Source: Gaiellales bacterium
Lineage (GTDB): Bacteria; Actinomycetota; Thermoleophilia; Gaiellales; JAICJC01
Assembly: GCA_035553035.1 (NCBI GenBank)
Contig: DATNEO010000019.1
Span: 1 to 56,778, forward strand
Direction: 5' to 3'
DNA length: 56,778 nt
Position numbers and translations under genes: made by a program. Under the pieces are notes generated by a model. That model ran no database searches. It was not told the origin of the DNA and saw only the letters and a list, made by a program, of their open reading frames with translations. Below, piece after piece: positions 25,058 to 33,901 of the stretch; position 1 is the first letter of the stretch; the number at the start of each line of letters is the position of its first letter.

Positions 25058-27115
25058 TTGACGCACGACTCCGACAAGCTCATCCGCCAGCTTTCGCTCG
25101 TCGCCTACCTGATGGCGGAACAGCGACCGGTCACAGCCCGCGACGTGAAGAACAACGTCGAGGGCTACGCGAACATGGGCGACGAGGCATTCGCCCGCCG
25201 CTACTACGCCGACCGCTCCGAGCTGCAGGGCCTGGGAGTGCCGATCACGTCCGGCCGCGACGAGTTCACCGGGGAGGAGCTGTACAACCTGCGCCAGGAG
25301 CACTACTTCCTGCCGCCGATCGACCTCACCGACGCCGAGCTGGCGGCGCTGCAGACCAGCTTCTACCTGCTCGAGGGCCAGTTCGCATACGCCGAGCCGC
25401 TGCGCCTGGCGCTGCAGAACCTGGCGCTGGGGCGCGCCAACACGGCCGACCCCGGCCCCAAGACCGCCACCATCGACCTGCTCGGCAGCGTCTACACACC
25501 CGAGGTCTCGCAGCGGCTGGCCAAGCTGGAACAGGCCATCAGCAAGCAGCGCACGATCCGCTTCACCTACTGGACGGCGCGCAGCAACGCCACCGCCGAG
25601 CGCACCATCAACCCCTACGGCCTGTTCGAGCTGCACGGCGTCTGGTATGTGGTCGGCGACGACTGCAGCCAGGAGGGCCCGGAGGCCCGAAAGACGTTCC
25701 GCATCTCGCGCATGCGCGGCGAGATCAAGTTCGCTACCCGGCGCGAGCGGGACTTCCGGATCCCGGCCGACTTCAACGTCACCGCGTACCGCGATCGCAA
25801 GCCGTGGCAGCTGGAGCGTGAGCCGGCCGGCGTCGCGCGGCTGGCGGTCTCGGCCGACGACACCTGGCTGGTGAATCGGCTGTACGGCGGACACGGCGAC
25901 CTCGAGGAGCACGAGGACGGCAGCGCCACGCTCACCACCGAGTACTCCAACCTGGAGGCGCTGTCCCAGGCCGTGCTGCTGATGGAGGGCCGCATGCAGC
26001 CGCTCGAGCCGGACGAGCTGGTGGCGATGGTGCAGTCCGACCTCGACCGCCTGGTGGCGCTGCACACCGGCGACCCCAGCCGGCCGGCCAAACCGTCGCG
26101 CGGCCGTGCCGCCGTCGACGAAGCCCCGGGCGCGCTCTCCCGCACGCAGGGCCCGGTGGCGCCGGAGCGGTTCGCCTTGCTGCAGGCACTGCTCGCGTTC
26201 CTGCTCGAGCGCTGCGGCGATGAGTCCTCCGCGACCGTGTCATCCGCGGACATGCGCGACCGCTTCCACCTGTCCCAGCAGGAGCTGCAGGAGCACCTCG
26301 ACCTGCTCAACCTGGTCAACTTCGGCGGCGGCTGCTATGCCGTCTACTGCTCCACCGACAACGGCTCGATCCTCGTCGACAAGGAGCTCTACGGCGACAC
26401 CTTCCGCCGCCCGGCGCGCCTATCGCCACTGGAGGCAAAGGCGCTCTTGCGGGCGCTGGACGTGGTCGCGCCGGTGCTGGCCGCCGAGGCCCACAGCTCG
26501 CTGCAGACCGTGCGCGACAAGATCGCCGGCGCGTTCGGGCAGTACACCCTCTCCGACACGCCGGAGCCGCAGGGCGGCGACGAGGAGTCGGCCGTGACCA
26601 CCCTCAACGAGGGCGTGCGCCAGCAGCGCCTTGTGCGGATCGGCTACCACTCGCGCTCGAGCGACGAGTTCTCGACGCGCGTGATCGAGCCGTATCTGTT
26701 GCGGCGTGACCAGCGCGGTTGGTACGTCGAGGCCTACGACCGCAGCAAGGACGGCCGTCGCACGTTCAAGGTCTCGTACGTGCGCGACGCCGAGCTGCTG
26801 GATGAGAGCTACGAGCCGCGCGAGGAGATGGCCGACCTGCACCCGGAGCTGGGCGGCGAGGTGGGCACCGCGCGCGTGCTGTTCGCGCCCGAGCGCGCCC
26901 GCTACGAGCGCGAGGGCCGGCGCGACGTGACGATGCTGACCGACGGCTCGGCACTGGCCGCTGTCAGCTACGGATCGCTGCGCTGGCTGGTGCCCGAGGT
27001 CCTGAAGCATCGCGGCCACGCCGAGGTGCTCGACCCGCCGCACGTACGCGAGAGCGTGTTGAAGGCGGCGAAGAAGCTGCAGCGGTCGTTCACGCGGGCG
27101 CCCGCCCGGAGCTGA
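25058..27115 (+). CDS. pafBC: Fused PafB-PafC-like regulator: two tandem HTH-WYL-WCX modules
   Basis: Two repeats of the architecture. WYL cores are RTIRFTYW...INPYGLFELHGVWYVVG and RLVRIGYHS...IEPYLLRRDQRGWYVEAY. TTG start, with TAGACT 11 nt upstream. Confidence 0.8.
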   Translation: MTHDSDKLIRQLSLVAYLMAEQRPVTARDVKNNVEGYANMGDEAFARRYYADRSELQGLGVPITSGRDEFTGEELYNLRQEHYFLPPIDLTDAELAALQTSFYLLEGQFAYAEPLRLALQNLALGRANTADPGPKTATIDLLGSVYTPEVSQRLAKLEQAISKQRTIRFTYWTARSNATAERTINPYGLFELHGVWYVVGDDCSQEGPEARKTFRISRMRGEIKFATRRERDFRIPADFNVTAYRDRKPWQLEREPAGVARLAVSADDTWLVNRLYGGHGDLEEHEDGSATLTTEYSNLEALSQAVLLMEGRMQPLEPDELVAMVQSDLDRLVALHTGDPSRPAKPSRGRAAVDEAPGALSRTQGPVAPERFALLQALLAFLLERCGDESSATVSSADMRDRFHLSQQELQEHLDLLNLVNFGGGCYAVYCSTDNGSILVDKELYGDTFRRPARLSPLEAKALLRALDVVAPVLAAEAHSSLQTVRDKIAGAFGQYTLSDTPEPQGGDEESAVTTLNEGVRQQRLVRIGYHSRSSDEFSTRVIEPYLLRRDQRGWYVEAYDRSKDGRRTFKVSYVRDAELLDESYEPREEMADLHPELGGEVGTARVLFAPERARYEREGRRDVTMLTDGSALAAVSYGSLRWLVPEVLKHRGHAEVLDPPHVRESVLKAAKKLQRSFTRAPARS

Positions 27116-28100
27116 GCTCGACGTTGGCGAGCGCCACCCGCGCGTTTCGCTGCAGGTGGCGGCCGTCGTTGTCGGGGATGTAGAGCCGCCGGTACCGATC
27201 CGCCAGGCGCTCGGGCGACTCATCCAGCCACTCGGCCAGCGGCGGGAACACGTCGTCCACGGGATCGGCCGGCAGCGCCTCGGCGCGGCGCTCGGCGCCG
27301 CGGTTCCAGGGACACACGTCCTGGCAGATGTCGCAGCCGTAGACCCGGTCCTGGAACGCCTCGGCGAACGGCAGCTGCGGCAGCCGCGACTGGGACAGAT
27401 ACGACAGGCAGCTGCGCGCATCCAGCACGCCGGCCTCGACGATGGCGTCGGTCGGGCAGGCATCGATGCAGGCGCGGCACTCCCCGCAGGCGTCCCACGC
27501 CGGCTGCTCCGGCGCGGCGCTGGTCGGCTCCAGTTCCACGTCGGTGATCAGCACGCCCAGCACCACCCACGAGCCGTGACGGCGGGTGATCGCGAGCGTG
27601 TTCTTGCCGTAGACGGCGATGCCGGCGCGCACCGCGGCCTCTCGGTCGACGTGCCCGTTGCTGTCGACGTGTACGACGAAGCGGCCGCCCGGCGACTGCT
27701 CCTGCATCCAGCGGCCCAGCTCCCGCAGCCGATCGCGCAGCAGCGCGTACTCATCGCGCCGGGCATAGCGGGGCATGCGGCCGCGCGGGCGGTCGTCCGG
27801 CTTCGGCGGCTCCGGCCGCGCGTAGCTGTGCGCCGCCACCACCACCGAGCGCGCGTCCCGCAGCGCCGACTCGGGGTGGCACGAGATGTCGGGCCGGCGC
27901 ATCGTGAAGCCCATGTCGGCGAAATAGCCGCGCGCCGACCGCTGCTCGATCGCCCGCTCGGTACCGGTGTAAGGCTCGGCCCGGCAGACGCCGCAGGCAG
28001 CGATGCCGGATGCCAGCGCTCGCTCGACCAGCGCTCGGGTAAGCTCGGCCGTGTTCACGGGGCTCAGGGTAGCCCGCAACCTCCCAAAGGATCCTTCCAT
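27090..28100 (-). CDS. queG: tRNA epoxyqueuosine(34) reductase
   Basis: CGECRACIDACPTDAI and CDICQDVCPWN 4Fe-4S motifs in a QueG-like context. The start could instead be GTG 28058. Confidence 0.85.
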   Translation of the reverse strand: MEGSFGRLRATLSPVNTAELTRALVERALASGIAACGVCRAEPYTGTERAIEQRSARGYFADMGFTMRRPDISCHPESALRDARSVVVAAHSYARPEPPKPDDRPRGRMPRYARRDEYALLRDRLRELGRWMQEQSPGGRFVVHVDSNGHVDREAAVRAGIAVYGKNTLAITRRHGSWVVLGVLITDVELEPTSAAPEQPAWDACGECRACIDACPTDAIVEAGVLDARSCLSYLSQSRLPQLPFAEAFQDRVYGCDICQDVCPWNRGAERRAEALPADPVDDVFPPLAEWLDESPERLADRYRRLYIPDNDGRHLQRNARVALANVELSSGRAPA

Positions 28101-28671
28101 GCAGTCACGTTCCGTCGCCGTCCCCCGCACCGATGTGCTCGTCAGCACGGTGGCGGTCGTCTCCGTGGCGCTGCTGACGGCGCTGGCGGCCCAGATCTCG
28201 ATCACCCTGCCGGGCACCCCCGTGCCCCAGACGCTGCAGACGATGGCGGTGCTGGGAGGGTCGGCCTACCTCGGCAGCCGCCGCGGCCTGGCCGCGATGC
28301 TGCTGTACGTCGGGATGGGCCTGTTCCTGCCGTTCTACGCCGGCGGCGCGCAGGGCTGGAGCGAGGTCACCGGCGCCTCCGGCGGCTACCTGGTGGGCTT
28401 CATCGCGGCCGGATACGTGGTCGGCAGGCTGCGGGAGATGAACGGTTCCCGCTGGATGGCGACCGTGCCGGCGATGCTGCTGGGAAGCGCGGTCGTGTAC
28501 GTGCCCGGCCTGATCTGGCTGAAGCACTCGGTGCCGTTCGACTGGGGATGGACGATCCACTACGGGCTGACGGTGTTCATCGTCGGCGACCTGCTGAAGA
28601 TCGCCGCCGACGCCGCCATCCTCGATCCGCGTGCCCCCTGGGGCAAGCTGTTCGACCGCATCCGGTTCTAA
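28099..28671 (+). CDS. bioY: Biotin transporter BioY
   Basis: VPQTLQTMAVLLGG-type motif (PVPQTLQTMAVLGG) and six TM segments. Confidence 0.8.
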   Translation: MQSRSVAVPRTDVLVSTVAVVSVALLTALAAQISITLPGTPVPQTLQTMAVLGGSAYLGSRRGLAAMLLYVGMGLFLPFYAGGAQGWSEVTGASGGYLVGFIAAGYVVGRLREMNGSRWMATVPAMLLGSAVVYVPGLIWLKHSVPFDWGWTIHYGLTVFIVGDLLKIAADAAILDPRAPWGKLFDRIRF

Positions 28672-29096
28672 GGCGCGGCCGACTGCACCAGCGGCACCAT
28701 GCAGTCCCGGCAGATCCGAAGCGTCACCGGCGGTGTGCCTGACGCCGGCAGCGACACCCAGCGCCCGGTGGTGCCGGCGACCAGGAAGTAGCGGCGCGGC
28801 CGCAGCCCCGACAGCGTGAACCGGCCGTCGGCACCGGTGAGCGCCGTTGCGACCGGGAGCGGCGGATCGGCCATCACCGGGCCGAGCGGGAAGGCCCTCG
28901 TGAACGCGCGCACCTTGACGTGGGGCAGCGGCGCGGTCGTGTCAGCGTCACCCGAATGGAACGTGACCACGCGGCCGGAGATGGTCGACGCCGGCCCCGG
29001 CTGCGTTCCGGATCCCGACCCGGCCATCTGACCGCAGCCGGCGGTCGCGAGCGCCGCGAGCACGAGCATCGGTGCGAGTCGCTGTAGTAGTCGCAT
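28668..29096 (-). CDS. Lipoprotein with carboxypeptidase-regulatory-like fold
   Basis: Lipobox LAALATAGC. GRVV...V.V......TGADGRFTLSGL pattern. Confidence 0.6.
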   Translation of the reverse strand: MRLLQRLAPMLVLAALATAGCGQMAGSGSGTQPGPASTISGRVVTFHSGDADTTAPLPHVKVRAFTRAFPLGPVMADPPLPVATALTGADGRFTLSGLRPRRYFLVAGTTGRWVSLPASGTPPVTLRICRDCMVPLVQSAAP

Positions 29097-29148
29097 GTGT
29101 CTTGTCAGACGGATGCCGCGGCAATCCGGTTCCTGGGCACCCCTGTCA

Positions 29149-30144
29149 TCATCCGACATGGATCAGCACGGCCGCGAATGCCAGATACGACGCGATCACC
29201 AGCACCGCCTCGGGACGGCGCATCCCGCGGCGGCGCAGCAGCATCGCCACCACAGCCATCGTCATCGCCAGCGCCCATACCGCCGAGAAACGGCCCGCGG
29301 CAGAGCCGGCCACGCCTCCCAGCAGCGCCGCCGGTAGCAGCAGGCCGGCCACGATGTTCATGCTGTTCGAGTTGAACGCCTCGCTGACCACGGCCGAGCT
29401 GCGGTGGTGCAGCGCCAGCCGCACCGCGGCCACCGCGTTGGGGATGCTGGTCAGCCCGGCCAGCACCAGCGTCCCCATCACGGCCCCCGATATCGAGAAG
29501 TGATGGCCGATGTCGACGGCCGCGTGCACCATGCCCACGCTGGCGCCGATCACCAGAGCAACGGCCGGCGCCACCACCAGCAGGTCTCCACGCGTCGCCG
29601 GCCGTTCGTGGTGATCGGATCGGGCGGCGCGCTGCTCCTCGGCGACGGCGCGGGCAATCCGGCGCCGCAACCCGGTCACGCGCTGGCCGTGGGTGATGTC
29701 GGCCGGCCGCTGTGCGGCCAGCCACACGTAGGGCACGAGCACGCACGCGCACAGGACGAGCGCCGGGATGGGGCCGATCCAGCCGGCCGCCACCGGCACC
29801 GCGACGGCCGCCACCGCGATCGCGGTCGCTCCCTCCAGCGCCGCAGCGCGGCGGCCGAGGTGGACGCGTCCCGCCAGCAGCGCGCCGATCCCCAGCAGCG
29901 CGGCCAGATTGACCACATTCGAGCCGAGCACCACGCCCACGCCGATGTCATCGTGCTTGCTCAGGACGGCCGCCGCGGCTGTTGAGATCTCCGGTGCGTC
30001 CGCGCCCAGCGCCGTCAGCATGCCGATCACCGCGTCGGTCAGCCTCAGGCGCACCCCGATCCGGTCGAGCGCGCGCGCAAGCACGAAGCTGGAGCCGAGG
30101 CTGGCGGCCAGACAGACGAGGAAGAGGAGGGCGGCGAGTGGCAT
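29149..30144 (-). CDS. Sodium/calcium exchanger (CaCA) family membrane protein
   Basis: Two alpha-repeat-like segments (GSNVVNLAALLG; EAFNSNSMNIV) and about 10 TM helices. Confidence 0.8.
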   Translation of the reverse strand: MPLAALLFLVCLAASLGSSFVLARALDRIGVRLRLTDAVIGMLTALGADAPEISTAAAAVLSKHDDIGVGVVLGSNVVNLAALLGIGALLAGRVHLGRRAAALEGATAIAVAAVAVPVAAGWIGPIPALVLCACVLVPYVWLAAQRPADITHGQRVTGLRRRIARAVAEEQRAARSDHHERPATRGDLLVVAPAVALVIGASVGMVHAAVDIGHHFSISGAVMGTLVLAGLTSIPNAVAAVRLALHHRSSAVVSEAFNSNSMNIVAGLLLPAALLGGVAGSAAGRFSAVWALAMTMAVVAMLLRRRGMRRPEAVLVIASYLAFAAVLIHVG

Positions 30145-30237
30145 GGCGAGATGTCGCCGACCCGTCTTCCCGGCACACCGCCGACCACCTTACACCCGGC
30201 GCCCGCGAGACCGTCTGACCGTAGACTCGGGTTCACC

Positions 30238-30820
30238 GTGACGGAGCCGCTGGCACGACTGCTCGAGGAGGCGCGCGAGGGCAGGATCCAGGTGCCCGAG
30301 TTTCAGCGCGAGCTGATCCTCACGGACGAGTGGATAAGAGCCTGCTCGCCAGCGTCTCGCTCGGCCATCCGATCGGAGCGGTGACGCTCGCCGAATCACC
30401 GACCTCTACCAGGCGCTCGCATCCGGACGGCCGGTGCAGACCCACGACGGCGGGGACAAGCCCGTCCAACGCTGGTATTCGATCGACATCGACGCCGCGC
30501 TCGACCCGGCGGTGGATCGCGACGAAGCGATCATCGGGGTATCCGAGCTCAGCGGCCAGGAGTCAGAGTGGGAGCAGTTCCTGTTTCCGCTTCGCCTGGT
30601 GTTCGGCGCGGAGGCGGAGCGGGGGCGCTGGATGAACGGATTCGCCGGCCACTCGGCTGAGCGAAGCAATCGGTTCGCATCCGAGATCCTGGCGGCGTTC
30701 GACGGATACCGGGTTCCGACCATCGTCCTGGGCCCGGAGACGACCAGGTGGTCGGTGCGGGTGCACGGAGGCCCCGGGGGGCGCAGTCTCTCTGACCGGT
30801 TTCGCGAAGCTGCGGGCTAG
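30238..30820 (+). pseudogene. Decayed DUF262 (GmrSD N-terminal, ParB-like) gene split over three reading frames
   Basis: Frame 1: IQVPEFQRELILTDEWI. Frame 2: LLASVSLGHPIGAVTLAE. Together these reconstitute the DUF262 N-terminal motif only if a frameshift occurs near 30330. A third frame (30434-30820) carries the remainder. Confidence 0.45.
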
Positions 30821-31116
30821 AAGCCGAGCACGAACTTGGCGTCGTCCGACATCATCTCGGGCGACCAGGGCGGCGTCCAGGTCAGGTCGGTGACGACCTC
30901 GCCCACGCCCTCCAGCGACGAGACCACGTCGCGCATCTGCTCCTGGATCATCGCCCCGGCCGGGCAGCCCATCGACGTCAGCGAGTAGGTGACGGTGACC
31001 TTGTCCTCCTCCACCCGCACGTCGTAGACCAGGCCGAGGTCGACAACGTCCATCCCCAGCTCCGGGTCCTCGACCACCCGCAGCGCGTCGAACACCTGCT
31101 CCTCGGTGATGCTCAT
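30817..31116 (-). CDS. DUF59 (MIP18/SufT-like) Fe-S cluster assembly protein
   Basis: L..V.DPELGMDVVDLGLVY...TSMGCPA is the DUF59 core. Confidence 0.8.
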   Translation of the reverse strand: MSITEEQVFDALRVVEDPELGMDVVDLGLVYDVRVEEDKVTVTYSLTSMGCPAGAMIQEQMRDVVSSLEGVGEVVTDLTWTPPWSPEMMSDDAKFVLGF

Positions 31117-31940
31117 GCCTGCATCGTAGCGTTCGCGTCCCACAGCGCAGCGAACGCCGGCTCGTGCCCCGTCGCCGCCGTCTCGCCCAGCAGCGCCTTC
31201 GTCGCGGTCACCGCCTCGCGCCCCGCCCGCGCCACCTTCCCGGCCATGCTCTCGGCCCGCCCCAGCAGCTTCTCGCGCGGCAGCACCGCGTCCACCAGAC
31301 CGGTCGTCCGCGCCTCGTCCGCCGACAAGAGGTCACACGTCGCGAACAGCCGCAGCGCCATCCCGGCGCCCAGCAGCCGCGACAGCCGCTGCGCGCCACC
31401 CCACGGAGGGCAGTAACCGAGCTCGTTGTGGATGAACCGCAGCTTCGCCCCCTGCGCCGCGATCCGCCAGTCACAGGCCAGCGCCAGGTCGATGCCGCCG
31501 CCCACCGCGTGCCCGTTCATCAGCGCCACCGTCGGGACGCCCGCCGCCGCGATCCGGTCACACGCGCGGCTACCGCGCTGCGTGACCTCCTTGCCGGGCA
31601 ACTCGCGCACCCGCTCGAGATCCGCGCCCGAGCAGAAGATGCGGCTGCCGGAGCCGGTGATCGCGATCATCCGCACCGACTCGTCGGCCGCCAGCCGCTC
31701 CACCTCGCCGGCCAGCTGCTCCAGCGTCTCCAGCGCCAGCGCGTTGTCGCCGCCCTGGCCGCGCAGCGTCAGCACCGCCAGCCCGTCCCGCACGGCCGCC
31801 GTCTCGACCACCGTCGGCCCCGGCGGGGGCAGATCGCCGACCGCCTCTATCAGCTCCGCCTTCGACAACAGCCTGTAGCCGTCGATCCCGCGCTCGCGTG
31901 CCAGCTCGTGCAGCTCGAACAGCTGTGGCTCAGCCGTCAC
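31113..31940 (-). CDS. Enoyl-CoA hydratase/isomerase family protein with N-terminal Rho_N-like helical domain
   Basis: LFELHELARERGIDGYRLLSKAELIEAV resembles the Rho N-terminal domain. It is followed by a crotonase fold (FCSGADL, NGHAVGGGIDLALACD). GTGA overlap with glpX. Confidence 0.75.
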   Translation of the reverse strand: MTAEPQLFELHELARERGIDGYRLLSKAELIEAVGDLPPPGPTVVETAAVRDGLAVLTLRGQGGDNALALETLEQLAGEVERLAADESVRMIAITGSGSRIFCSGADLERVRELPGKEVTQRGSRACDRIAAAGVPTVALMNGHAVGGGIDLALACDWRIAAQGAKLRFIHNELGYCPPWGGAQRLSRLLGAGMALRLFATCDLLSADEARTTGLVDAVLPREKLLGRAESMAGKVARAGREAVTATKALLGETAATGHEPAFAALWDANATMQA

Positions 31941-32950
31941 AGGCGAATCTCCTCGTGTCGGGTCTTCGAGAACAGATGGATCGAATCGATGAAGCGGACG
32001 CGGTTGCAGCGCGAGCACAGCACGATCGATTGGGTGCGGGCGCCCTCCGCGAAGTAGCGCACGCCGCGCAACAGGTCGCCGTTCGAGATGCCGGTGCCGA
32101 CCACCATCTGGTGGCCCCGGACGAGGTCGTCGATGCCGAAGATCTGGTTGATATCGTCGATGCCGTACTCGCCGGCTTGCCGGATCTCGGTGCGGCTCAT
32201 CGGCCACAGCTGCCCCTGGATCTCCCCGCCCAGGCAATGCAGCGCGGCAGCCGAGATGATGCCCTCGAACGAGCCGCCGATGCCCACCGCCAGGTGGTCG
32301 TTGGTGCCGCGGATGGCGGCGTCGATGGTGGCCGTGATGTCGCCGTCGGCGATCACCTTGATGCGCGCGCCGGCCTCGCGGATCTCGGCGATCAGATCGT
32401 CGTGCCGGGGCCGGTCGAGCACCACCGCGGTGATGTCCCCGACCTGGCGCCCGAACGCCTCGGCGATCGCCTGCAGGTTCTCGGTCACGCCCTGGCGCAG
32501 GTCGATCCGGCCCTTCGCGACCGGGCCTACGGCCATCTTCTTCATGTACATCCGCGGCACCCGCGTGATGCCGCCCGGCTCGCAGGCGGCCAGGATCGAG
32601 AGCGCACCCACCCCGCCGCGCCCGACCACCGCCGCACCTTCGACCGGATCGCAGGCCAGCTCCAGCTCCATGCCGCCGCCGCCCATGGTCGCGCCCGGTG
32701 CCAGCGGGTGGCCCTGCTCGCTGCGGCCGATCACGACCGTGCCGCTGACGGGCAGCGCGTCGATGGCGCGCACCATCGCCTCGGTCGCCGCTGTATCGGC
32801 ACCGCGCGGGTCGCCCCTGCCCAGATAGCGGCCCGCCGCCAGCGCACTGCGCTCGCTGACCGACGCCAGGTCGGTGCAGGGACAGCGCTCCTCCGACAGC
32901 TTCGGCTCCGGCCGCGGCTGCTGCTTTGGGCTACGAGCCTTGGTGGCCAT
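31937..32950 (-). CDS. glpX: Class II fructose-1,6-bisphosphatase
   Basis: Full-length GlpX-like sequence (DPVEG, VLDRPRH, IKVIADGD, GIGG). Confidence 0.9.
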   Translation of the reverse strand: MATKARSPKQQPRPEPKLSEERCPCTDLASVSERSALAAGRYLGRGDPRGADTAATEAMVRAIDALPVSGTVVIGRSEQGHPLAPGATMGGGGMELELACDPVEGAAVVGRGGVGALSILAACEPGGITRVPRMYMKKMAVGPVAKGRIDLRQGVTENLQAIAEAFGRQVGDITAVVLDRPRHDDLIAEIREAGARIKVIADGDITATIDAAIRGTNDHLAVGIGGSFEGIISAAALHCLGGEIQGQLWPMSRTEIRQAGEYGIDDINQIFGIDDLVRGHQMVVGTGISNGDLLRGVRYFAEGARTQSIVLCSRCNRVRFIDSIHLFSKTRHEEIRL

Positions 32951-32980
32951 GGCCGGGGGTGCATCGGTTGCTCATCACGG

Positions 32981-33901
32981 TCAGGGTACAGCGCCGGGGG
33001 CGGCGGTGGCGCGTTCCAGGATCAGGTCGAGCACCGATCGCAGCGCCTCTTCGCCGTCGTTGCCGTCCACGATCGGCACGCCCATGCGCTCCGCCCGGCC
33101 CACCAGGTAGTCCTGGATGCGACGGATCTCCCCGAAGCTGCGCAGGTAGCGATCCAATGGGCGGACGCCACCGGACCTGAAGTCGCGGGCCACGAAGTGC
33201 GCCTGGTGCGCCTCCTCGTCCTGGATGGTCAGCAGCACCTGCACGACGGTGGCCGCGCGGTGTTCCGGCACCTCAACCAGCCCCGGCACCAGGTGCACGC
33301 CCTCGACCACCGTCGAAAGCCCCTCCAGCACCGCCCGCTCGACCACCGCCGCCGCACCGACCGCCACCTGTTCGGCCTGCTGGATGAAGCCGTAGAGCGC
33401 GCGATCGTCCTGCTCGGGATCGGGCATCGGCATCTTCAGGCCGCCGCCTGCCTCGAACGAGCTGTAGTGCAGCGCAGGCATCAGCCCGGGCGCGAAGAAT
33501 GCGCGCATCACCTGGCGCACGACATCGGTGGATGTGATCCGGCTGATGCCCAGCCGGTAGGCCAGCTCCGTCGCCAGCGAGCTCTTGCCGGTGCCGGTGG
33601 CGCCGCCCAGCATCAGCACCAGCGGCCGCTCCCGACGCAGCACCTTCTGCCAGGCCCGGTAGCGCTCGACGGCCGCGGGGCCGTCGGCGCGACGCAGCAC
33701 GTCCTCGACGATCGAGTGCAGCTCGGCGAGCGCGATCTCTTCGCTGCCCACCTCATGCACGGCACGCTCGATGTCGAGCGCCAGCTCGTAGGCGTGCTCG
33801 GCCTCCACGCCCGACAGGAACAGGTTGGTGGCCATGCGGCCCTTCGAGAACGGCAGCGGGTGGCCGGAGCCGCGGATGCGGGGCTCGCGCTGGTCAGGCA
33901 C
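32981..33901 (-). CDS. 2-phosphoglycerate kinase
   Basis: N-terminal ATP-cone-like PFSKGRMATNLFLSGV. P-loop LMLGGATGTGKSSLATELAYRLGISRITSTDVVRQVMR...LHYSSF matches the COG2074 family. GTG 33901 overlaps the upstream stop by 8 nt. Confidence 0.75.
   Translation of the reverse strand: MPDQREPRIRGSGHPLPFSKGRMATNLFLSGVEAEHAYELALDIERAVHEVGSEEIALAELHSIVEDVLRRADGPAAVERYRAWQKVLRRERPLVLMLGGATGTGKSSLATELAYRLGISRITSTDVVRQVMRAFFAPGLMPALHYSSFEAGGGLKMPMPDPEQDDRALYGFIQQAEQVAVGAAAVVERAVLEGLSTVVEGVHLVPGLVEVPEHRAATVVQVLLTIQDEEAHQAHFVARDFRSGGVRPLDRYLRSFGEIRRIQDYLVGRAERMGVPIVDGNDGEEALRSVLDLILERATAAPGAVP

Noticed and set aside
30151-30820. Three separate small ORFs (30151-30384, 30330-30635, 30434-30820) as independent genes.
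   Set aside because: They overlap in different frames, and together they reconstitute one DUF262-like N-terminus. They are interpreted as one frameshifted pseudogene.
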